Below, one piece after another: positions 9,119 through 16,259 of a stretch of 32,000 bases of DNA. The first letter of the stretch is position 1. Each line of letters starts with the position of its first letter. The DNA is from Candidatus Saccharimonadota bacterium. GTDB lineage: Bacteria > Patescibacteriota > Saccharimonadia > Saccharimonadales > UBA4665. Location: positions 300,001 to 332,000 of the forward strand of contig OY970322.1 in NCBI GenBank assembly GCA_963716945.1. The letters run 5' to 3'. The notes under the pieces are model-generated. The model was not told the DNA's origin. It ran no database searches and saw nothing but the letters and a program-made list of their open reading frames with translations. Position numbers and translations under genes: made by a program.

Positions 9119-11305
9119 ATGCTTAAACCGAACGATCAAAATAAACAAACCGCTATGCTGCCAGAAGAGCCCCGGACCGAAGCGTCTATCAGCCAGAATT
9201 TTGCCGAACTCGAGGCGCGATACGCTAAAATCGTGCGCGAGCAGGCGCTTCAGCTGCTGCTGCAGCAAAGCCATGCCGAACAAGTGGACCGGCAGTTGGC
9301 GGCCGCCGCCCGGCCGCCGGAAACCGGGCCCGAAACGAAGCCGCCGAACCGGGCGGCCGGACTGTGGCGGCCGGTTTGGCAGCGCCGGCAAGCGCTCGCC
9401 CTGGCCGTCGGCAGCCCCTTGGCGCTGGCCGTCTTCGTCCTGGCCGTCTATATGTTATTCGTGCCGCAATCTATCCGTTACGCGTTCGCCGACCGGCAGA
9501 ACTGCGTTACCAGCCCGGCGGTTTTTCCGTCGGTGCTCAAGACCGGTTCCGGCGGGACTTTTAGGCTTATCCGTGAACCGGCCGTGTCCATCGGCCACAC
9601 GGCGCTTTTCTCGTACCGGTTGTGCGCGGCGCCCGGCCGCAGCCCGCTGGCTTCGACCAAATATACCAGCCGCCAATGGGTGTCGCTGGCCGGTCTGCGC
9701 CTCGGTAAATCCATCCGAATCGTGACCGGCAGCTACCCGGTGGCCTTCGCCGGCAGTTTGGGTACCAAGGCCATCCCGCTGGAGAAGCCGCTGACGTTCA
9801 AACTTAGCCTGTCGGACGCCACTTTTGACTACGAAGTCGCTGCCAACGGCCAAACCGGCCCCTGTACCAAGCAAAGGACCGAGTTAACCTGCGGTCTGGC
9901 GCCGCTGAAACTGGGCTATGCCGCGCAGTACCAGGCCTCGCTGGTTCGGGTCTTCGATGGCCGGCCGGCGGGGACCGTGCTGACCAAGAATATTAAGACA
10001 ATTACGGCCACAGCCATCAGCCAAACTTCGATTAATGCCGGCGCGACGGTTTACAGCCAGCCGCAGCAAATTACTATTACCGCCGACAAGACGATCACCG
10101 ATCTGGGAAGTGTCAGCCTGACTACCAAAAATGCCGCCGGCACGGTGACGAATATCCCGATTACCAGCTCGTTCAAAGGCCAAACAGTTACCGTTAATAT
10201 CGCCAACCCTCTGCCGCGCAAAACGGCGCTTGATTTGCATATCGGCAGCCTCACGGCCAGCGATAGCAGCAGCCTGGAGCAGCCTTATGACCTGGCGTTC
10301 ACGACCTCCGGCGGGCCGAAAGTAAACGGCGACAATATTCCGTCTTATGGGCTGGCGTCCGGGCAGACGATGGTGGTTTCTTTCGACCAGCCGTTGAACG
10401 CCGGGCAGGACCCCGGCCAGTTTGCCAGTCTGGTGGTCAACGGCGCCAAGCAGCCGGCCACGATTACTCTGAGCGGACAGCAAATCATCATCAAACCGGC
10501 CAATAGCTTTCCGGTTTGCGCCAGCGTCAGCGTCCAGATATCCGGGGCCGCCCAGAACGCCTACCAGGTCGCCGGCGATTCGGCTTGGACCTATACTTCG
10601 AGGTCGCACTGCTACACGACTTATAGCATCGGTACTTCTGTCAAGGGCCGGCCGATCACCGCTTACCAGTTCGGCAGCGGCCCCAGCCTGGTGCTCTACA
10701 TTGCCGCCATGGAAGGCAACGAGCAGAACTCGGCCGAGCTGCTGCAGCAGTGGATCCCCAATATTGACGCCAATCCCGGCAAGATTCCGGCCGGCCGGAC
10801 GCTGGTCATCATCCCGCAGATTAACCCCGACGGTTTCGCCGCCGATACCAGGCTGAACGCCGCCGGTATCGACCTCAACCGCAATTTCCCGGCTAATAAT
10901 TGGCAAACCCAGGTCACCGAACCGCTGGCCAACACGGTTTGGACGAATGACGGCGGGCCGTCGCCGCTGTCGGCGCCGGAATCGCAGGCTTTGGCGAATT
11001 TCTATACGGCGCACCGGCCGCGTTTGACCCTGACCATGCATTCGCACGGCGGCATCGTCGAGGCCAATGACGCCGGCGACTCGACTCCTTTGGGCGCCAA
11101 ATACGCTTCGCTGGCCGGCTACAAGGCGATTCCGACTTCGGCCATCGGCAATTTCTTCGACTACACGACGACCGGGGCGTTCGAGGACTGGGCCAACGAC
11201 AAGCTGGGCCTGCCGGTGCTGGAAGTCGAGCTGCAAAGCCCGACGGCGCCGGAATACGCGCGCAACCTGCCGGCTTTGTGGGCGATGGCGCAGGTTTCGC
11301 CCTAA
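9119..11305 (+). CDS. Membrane-anchored M14-family zinc carboxypeptidase with Ig-like spacer domains
   Basis: C-terminal M14 motifs: INPDGF, DLNRNFP, TMHSHGG, LEVEL. One TM segment (ALALAVGSPLALAVFVLAVYMLF). The middle has an Ig-like (SbsA-type) repeat. The ORF is open from 9023, but that start overlaps the divergent gene's 5' end, so ATG 9119 (MLKPNDQ...) is preferred. Confidence 0.75.
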   Translation: MLKPNDQNKQTAMLPEEPRTEASISQNFAELEARYAKIVREQALQLLLQQSHAEQVDRQLAAAARPPETGPETKPPNRAAGLWRPVWQRRQALALAVGSPLALAVFVLAVYMLFVPQSIRYAFADRQNCVTSPAVFPSVLKTGSGGTFRLIREPAVSIGHTALFSYRLCAAPGRSPLASTKYTSRQWVSLAGLRLGKSIRIVTGSYPVAFAGSLGTKAIPLEKPLTFKLSLSDATFDYEVAANGQTGPCTKQRTELTCGLAPLKLGYAAQYQASLVRVFDGRPAGTVLTKNIKTITATAISQTSINAGATVYSQPQQITITADKTITDLGSVSLTTKNAAGTVTNIPITSSFKGQTVTVNIANPLPRKTALDLHIGSLTASDSSSLEQPYDLAFTTSGGPKVNGDNIPSYGLASGQTMVVSFDQPLNAGQDPGQFASLVVNGAKQPATITLSGQQIIIKPANSFPVCASVSVQISGAAQNAYQVAGDSAWTYTSRSHCYTTYSIGTSVKGRPITAYQFGSGPSLVLYIAAMEGNEQNSAELLQQWIPNIDANPGKIPAGRTLVIIPQINPDGFAADTRLNAAGIDLNRNFPANNWQTQVTEPLANTVWTNDGGPSPLSAPESQALANFYTAHRPRLTLTMHSHGGIVEANDAGDSTPLGAKYASLAGYKAIPTSAIGNFFDYTTTGAFEDWANDKLGLPVLEVELQSPTAPEYARNLPALWAMAQVSP

Positions 11306-11383
11306 TTGGGATATATTAAGACGCTCATGCTTGCGTTTTACGCTGAGGTTTATTACAGTCGGTTTAGTCTAAAGAGGTACCGT

Positions 11384-11917
11384 ATGACTGAAATGGATTC
11401 GGGAGTGATTTTTACCGGCGTCGATGACGCCCATGACCAGGCCAGGATAGATGCCGGTTTGGCTGCTTTGGGCATTGACCTAGCTCCTCTTAGCGCGCCG
11501 GACGGTCCCGTCCAGGCGCTTCGCAATCTGGATGCCGAAGGCTTTGGTCCCAGGGATACGCTGTGGGGAATGAGCGTCGAAGAGCTTTTCGGCCTTATTA
11601 AGGAGATCAAGACGGGCGTTGGCCAACGAGATCTTGGACGCGGCTCTAAGCTCCGCGACATAGCACCTAGCGTGTTGAATCCGTTTTTCGGTGCGCCGGG
11701 AGAAAATACTGACGGCAGGGGCAAATCTTTTACCGGCAAAAGCCGCCGCCTGAAGCTCAGCCAAGAACAGCTTCGGCACTGGAACGGTAAAGTTACCGAG
11801 TCCAGCGCCTGGTCGCAAAGAATCGATGAAGAATCGGTCACGCTTGAATCGTTGGCCGTTTTAATCCAGATCCGGCCGGCTCCTCTCAGGTCTGAAGACG
11901 CTCGGCCTGCCTGGTAG
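11384..11917 (+). CDS. Hypothetical cytoplasmic protein (177 aa)
   Basis: ATG 11384 is preceded by AGAGG at 11373-11377. The ORF is open from 11306, but that upstream part lacks a ribosome-binding site. No recognisable motif. Confidence 0.5.
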   Translation: MTEMDSGVIFTGVDDAHDQARIDAGLAALGIDLAPLSAPDGPVQALRNLDAEGFGPRDTLWGMSVEELFGLIKEIKTGVGQRDLGRGSKLRDIAPSVLNPFFGAPGENTDGRGKSFTGKSRRLKLSQEQLRHWNGKVTESSAWSQRIDEESVTLESLAVLIQIRPAPLRSEDARPAW

Positions 11918-12031
11918 CCTCATTGAGCAAACCCGAGCAGCCGCTACCCGGTTGCAAATAGACGGTCTTTGGGGCACTATATTAGCAGCTGAGGCGGCAC
12001 GCCTGAAAATGAAAAACACCGGAGTAAAAGT

Positions 12032-12517
12032 TTGAAGCTACGTATCCCCAAAGTCATCCGCAAAATAGTCATCAGCTTCATCGTACTGGTGGTGCTTTTC
12101 GTGGCCGCGGGCGTGGTCTATGTCTTAGTTACCGATGGTAAACCTACGCCGCCGCCACCCGCCAAAAAAGTCGTGCAACAAGTACCGGCGCTGCCCAAAC
12201 CGGTAGCGCCGGGCGCCAATTCGCCCGAAGGCGTGTCGATCGAATCGCCGCCGCTGCCGGTCACGCCCGGTTCAAACGATTCCGTGACCGCCATGACCGA
12301 CGCCGGCTCGAAATGCTCGATCTCGGTTGTCTATAACGGCGTTCAGAGCACCGACTCGGGCCTGGCGCCCAAGACCGCCGACGCTTACGGCAACGTCAGC
12401 TGGACCTGGACGGTCGGCAGCTCGGTACCGGTAGGCACTTGGCCGGTTAATGTAACCTGTGTCTACAACGGGCGGTCAGGGGTGATGGACAGTACCGTGC
12501 AGGTTACTAAACAATAA
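12032..12517 (+). CDS. Small membrane-anchored extracytoplasmic protein (161 aa) with an Ig-like beta-rich domain
   Basis: TTG start with GGAG at 12021-12024. N-terminal TM segment (IVISFIVLVVLFVAAGVVYVLV), a Pro-rich linker, then a Cys-bracketed beta-rich domain (CSISVVYNG...VNVTCVYNG). Confidence 0.6.
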   Translation: MKLRIPKVIRKIVISFIVLVVLFVAAGVVYVLVTDGKPTPPPPAKKVVQQVPALPKPVAPGANSPEGVSIESPPLPVTPGSNDSVTAMTDAGSKCSISVVYNGVQSTDSGLAPKTADAYGNVSWTWTVGSSVPVGTWPVNVTCVYNGRSGVMDSTVQVTKQ

Positions 12518-12550
12518 GCCGACACGGCTTAACCGGCAGCCGGCTTATTG
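12512..12550. terminator. Bidirectional intrinsic-terminator-like hairpin region between convergent genes
   Basis: A 10-bp perfect inverted repeat, caataagccg (12512-12521) / cggcttattg (12541-12550). Alternative inner hairpins are aagcc-gacac-ggctt and ccgg-cag-ccgg. T-rich runs follow on both strands (cttattgtt; attgttt). Confidence 0.5.
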
Positions 12551-15148
12551 TTACTGAATTACGGTGCCGCCTTTGATAGTGGTGCCGCCCTGTATCCTTA
12601 CCTCTTGGGGGGCCGTGGTGAAACTGTTAGTCGTCGAGTAGGCGCTGAAGCTGTTGCTACCCCCGGGGTCGATTGCCTTAGCCCTCAGGTAGTACGTGGT
12701 ATTGGGGGCGAGCACCCCCGGACTCACGGAGTACTGCCCCATAGTTGAATTGGCTTCTATCGTGCTTGTAGCATAGCCGGTGCCGCTGCCGGCATCCTGT
12801 TCGGCCCATCCGGACTGGCTAGCGGTTTGGTCAAAGCTGCCGCCGCCAGAAGCACAAGGCCAGGAATTGACAGGACACCACTCGACCACATATTGGACGT
12901 AATTGGAGAATGTGTCCGATGTTCGAAGCTGAATAAGAGGAGCATCCGAAATAGCAGTACTGCCGTTCGCCGGGTAGTAAATAATCGGTGCCTGCGGTGC
13001 TTGGGAGAAGGACTCCATCGATGGGTAGGTACAAGTCGAGGCGGCGCCATTAGTCGTGCAGTTGGTCGCTTCTGTGCCGCTGGTATTGAGTATCTGTTCA
13101 CGCAGGATTGGATTAAGGTTCGTCATGGACCCTCCAGAAACGCTAGGCCCATAATCGTAGCCGCGGAAATAGTAAGTCGTGCCTAGGGTTGCGCCGTTGT
13201 TTTGCAGCGTGTAGTCGTATTCCTGGACCGTACCGGAACTCTGTAAATCACCGGAGGCCGAAGCCGTGCCGTTGGTAACTTCATAACCTGCAGAGTTTGA
13301 GCCGTCCAAAAGTGTCGTTGACGAAAGCGTAGTGTTGTCAGCTACCCCGCCGGCGGCGTAACGCCAAATGGACCCGCTGCCCTGGGCTCCAACATCGGTC
13401 CAGACGCAGCTGCTGGAGTCTGGGCAACCGGCACCGGAGGAATACTGCAGTTTCTTGCGGGTGTCGCCCTCGCTGCCACCGCCTAGCTCGGCGTAGCTCA
13501 TCCTTAAGCGGACTATATTATTGGGCGTGACCTGCGGTGTGACGCCTTCGGGCGCTAACGGTACCTGCGGGTTGCCCGTCGCCCCTTCGTCATCGTAGAC
13601 CCGCCAGTTGAATGACCAGGTCGCGTAGGGCGTGTAATTGTAATCGTAGGCTTTTTGAATGTAGGTTTTGTTAGTAGTCTGGCCGGTGGTAGTATTGACC
13701 AGACTGGTCGACAGATTAGTTGTTATAAGGGTGCCCCAAGCGGAGCCGCTGTAGGTACGGGCGCGGAGCTTGCCGTCGCGGTCGGCCTGCATCATCGTTA
13801 AGATATCCGAGTTTGGGGAAGCTGATAACTCGTTGCCAACTATAATGTCCCCTGAAGTAGTCGTGAGTGCTGCCCAGGCCGTAAAGGTGGTGGGAACCCA
13901 AGACGACCAGTCCGGTTGCTGAGTGTTAGCATTCGCCGAAGCGCTAAATATTGCTTGCGGAGTACCGGAATGGGCTTTTTCCCAGACCGTACTGATATTC
14001 TGGCCGGCATCCTGGGCCATAGTCAGGTTGGTATAAGCTGTCCAGCCGACGGTCACGCCGTCGGTTTTCCAGATGTAGGGCGTGGCGGTTGCTGTGGACC
14101 CCACTGTCGTTGTCGAGCCATAGGCCACGATCATGCTCATACGGTTACTATGCGTATCGGATCCCACTCTGATCCATTGGGCGGCCGAGGATAGGGTAGC
14201 GATGGTCGTAGCACTGCTCCAACCGCTGCCGGTCGATGTTCTATAAGACAGGGCCGTGCCGTTGGCATAGACCGCCATTTCCATGCCGGACTCGCTTTCC
14301 CAGCCGATATCGAAGGACTGCGGCTCAACGTTGCCGCTATCGGTCGTGGCGACCGTGGCACCGCCGGTCGTCGTCAGTACCTGGCTATCGCTGCTGTTCC
14401 AGGAACTGCCGTTCCAGCTTATGGTGAATATATCCTGGTTGCTATCTTCGACGGCCATCAGGATATTGTTCGTCCTGGTGTCGTCGAACTGGCCGCCTTG
14501 CGGTACCAGCCTGACCCACTGCGGCGTACCGGTGAGAGTAGTTGTGCCGTCGCTAAGAGTAATGTTATTAACGCCGTTAGTCGGCGCGCAGTTCGACACC
14601 GGCCCCCAGCTTGTACCGTCATAAATGCAGTAATAAAGTTCGCCGGTGGTATTGCCGGCGTAGACGACCATAGCCCGGCCGGACTCCTGCTCATATGCTA
14701 TATCAAAGGCCCGGCTGACAGTACCGGAGCCGACAATCGTCTGGTTCCACATGTTAGTGCCCAGGTTGGCCGTTGCTGAACAGGTAGTGGTGCATTTGTC
14801 GACGTACAAGCTGCCGTTGTTAAGCTGGAACCCGACCAGTTTTTCGTTCCGCGTCGGCGACGCGCCGTTGACTACGAATTGAATGGCCGAGTTGGCCACC
14901 TGGGCCTGGGTGAAGCGCGTGCCGAAAGTTCCGGGGCTGCCGAAAGTGTAGCGGCTCATGCTGATACGGCCTCTGCTAGTCGTCGAGGTTGTGCTGCCTT
15001 GGCCCCATGATACGGTACCGAAGTTGCCCTGGAAGGCTGCCAAGGCGAATTGGAAGTAAAAGATAAGTCCGCCGGCTACCAAAACCACGATTAAAACCGC
15101 GAATAGCTTTGGCCGAGATAACTTCACCTTTTTTATATGTAGTCTCAT
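12551..15148 (-). CDS. Large membrane-anchored surface protein (865 aa): repeated beta-propeller-like blades, a beta-sandwich region and a C-terminal fibronectin-III-like domain
   Basis: N-terminal TM segment (LFAVLIVVLVAGGLIFYFQFALAAF). Recurring blade-like segments (FDIAYEQESGRAMVVYAG..YDGTSWG; FDIGWESESGMEMAVYANG..GSGWS; LTMMQADRDGKLRARTYSGSAWG). The C-terminus reads like FN3 (PQAPIIYYPANGSTAISDAPLIQL...PNTTYYLRAKAIDPGGSNSFSAYS). Thr/Ser/Gly-rich. Confidence 0.7.
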   Translation of the reverse strand: MRLHIKKVKLSRPKLFAVLIVVLVAGGLIFYFQFALAAFQGNFGTVSWGQGSTTSTTSRGRISMSRYTFGSPGTFGTRFTQAQVANSAIQFVVNGASPTRNEKLVGFQLNNGSLYVDKCTTTCSATANLGTNMWNQTIVGSGTVSRAFDIAYEQESGRAMVVYAGNTTGELYYCIYDGTSWGPVSNCAPTNGVNNITLSDGTTTLTGTPQWVRLVPQGGQFDDTRTNNILMAVEDSNQDIFTISWNGSSWNSSDSQVLTTTGGATVATTDSGNVEPQSFDIGWESESGMEMAVYANGTALSYRTSTGSGWSSATTIATLSSAAQWIRVGSDTHSNRMSMIVAYGSTTTVGSTATATPYIWKTDGVTVGWTAYTNLTMAQDAGQNISTVWEKAHSGTPQAIFSASANANTQQPDWSSWVPTTFTAWAALTTTSGDIIVGNELSASPNSDILTMMQADRDGKLRARTYSGSAWGTLITTNLSTSLVNTTTGQTTNKTYIQKAYDYNYTPYATWSFNWRVYDDEGATGNPQVPLAPEGVTPQVTPNNIVRLRMSYAELGGGSEGDTRKKLQYSSGAGCPDSSSCVWTDVGAQGSGSIWRYAAGGVADNTTLSSTTLLDGSNSAGYEVTNGTASASGDLQSSGTVQEYDYTLQNNGATLGTTYYFRGYDYGPSVSGGSMTNLNPILREQILNTSGTEATNCTTNGAASTCTYPSMESFSQAPQAPIIYYPANGSTAISDAPLIQLRTSDTFSNYVQYVVEWCPVNSWPCASGGGSFDQTASQSGWAEQDAGSGTGYATSTIEANSTMGQYSVSPGVLAPNTTYYLRAKAIDPGGSNSFSAYSTTNSFTTAPQEVRIQGGTTIKGGTVIQ

Positions 15149-15237
15149 TCTATTTAGAACGTTCCAGCAACCTACTACCAGGTTAACAAATTTGACCTAA
15201 CAGGTAAACTCGCTTGTGCTAAGCCAACGCCTGGTCT

Positions 15238-15870
15238 ATGTTATTAGGTATGAGCAAAAAGGGAAAGCGCAGCACATTCGACCGCTACGGCGTCGATCAA
15301 ACAGCCGGTGTCGTGCAACCTGTGGCCGAGGCGAAAAAACGGCCAGCTGTAGCTGCCCGTTTAGCGGCCGTCAAACAGCTTAATAACAAACTTCTACCCG
15401 CAGTGACTGTAATTGTAGCCGTGGTCTTAGCTGCCGGAGCATACTTCTTATTCAAACCGACCCCCAAGCAGAACCCGAGCACCGCCCTCGGCCAATCAAT
15501 TGCCAAGCTGGTATCGATCCCGGCCTATTATCCCCAAAACTTGCCCGCCGGCTACACATATAATAATGACGCCCACATTATCAAAACCAACATTCTTTAT
15601 TTCTCGGTGACGGGACCGGGTAATCAGACCTTTTATGTTAGCCAGCAACCAATACCTGCCAGCTTCGACTTCGTGGGCTTCGATAAGAAATTTCTTAACC
15701 CCGACAATTTCAGCACCGACGCCGGGAGCTCAATTGCTGGGCAGGTCGGCGCCAATCTCATCGGCAGCATTCAGACAGATAAAAATACCTGGATAATCCT
15801 CAATACTGCCGGTACTAACTCTCTCACCGAACTCGAAACCGTTATCCGTTCACTTGAACTAGCCCAATAA
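15238..15870 (+). CDS. Membrane-anchored hypothetical protein (about 205-210 aa)
   Basis: Single TM segment (LLPAVTVIVAVVLAAGAYFLF) followed by an extracytoplasmic domain. Alternative start at 15250 (MSKKGK). No recognisable motif. Confidence 0.6.
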   Translation: MLLGMSKKGKRSTFDRYGVDQTAGVVQPVAEAKKRPAVAARLAAVKQLNNKLLPAVTVIVAVVLAAGAYFLFKPTPKQNPSTALGQSIAKLVSIPAYYPQNLPAGYTYNNDAHIIKTNILYFSVTGPGNQTFYVSQQPIPASFDFVGFDKKFLNPDNFSTDAGSSIAGQVGANLIGSIQTDKNTWIILNTAGTNSLTELETVIRSLELAQ

Positions 15871-15883
15871 TTAAAAAAAGTTC

Positions 15884-16259
15884 ATGAATGGAATAAGCGG
15901 TGGTGCTAAAATCTACGCTATTGATAGCTATGGAGGGGAAGATGCTCAACGTCTTAGGTTATTTTGTAAGTTCGACTAAAAACCAAATAAAAATCATAAG
16001 AATATAAACTTTAGCGACTCAACTTTCGGGTCGAATGCTCAGTTTGAGAGTTCTGACTTAGCGGGAGCTGATTTAAGGGTGCCATAGTAGGGCCGGGTTT
16101 GTGCTTTGGAGGAACAGCTAACTTAAATAATGCGGATTTCTCCAACGCTACCTGTTTCACGGATAGTGTGAGTTTTACAAATACTAACTTTTCAAACGCA
16201 ACCATTGAAACAAACAGTGACAGCAACGGCAACACTTGCGTTGGACATCTGACACCCTA
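15884..16259 (+). pseudogene. Decayed pentapeptide-repeat protein gene (in-frame stop plus a frameshift)
   Basis: ATG 15884 opens MNGISGGAKIYAIDSYGGEDAQRLRLFCKFD, which meets TAA at 15977-15979. The same frame continues KPNKNHKNINFSDSTFGSNAQFESSDLAGADLRVP* (stop 16085-16087). A 1-nt shifted frame then continues ..GGTANLNNADFSNATCFTDSVSFTNTNFSNATIETNSDSNGNTCVGHLTP* and ends at 16257-16259. This is A(D/N)(L/F)xx pentapeptide periodicity. The region is visibly AT-rich compared with its flanks. Confidence 0.5.

Noticed and set aside
9884-11236. 450-aa minus-strand ORF antisense to the M14 carboxypeptidase gene.
   Set aside because: Its Arg/Gly/Ala-rich low-complexity translation is typical of the antisense frame of a GC-rich gene. 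The plus-strand frame carries unambiguous M14 motifs.
16011-16235. 74-aa minus-strand ORF from the supplied track.
   Set aside because: The plus strand of the same interval shows pentapeptide-repeat periodicity in two frames, indicating a decayed gene. The minus ORF has no start context and is best explained as antisense noise.
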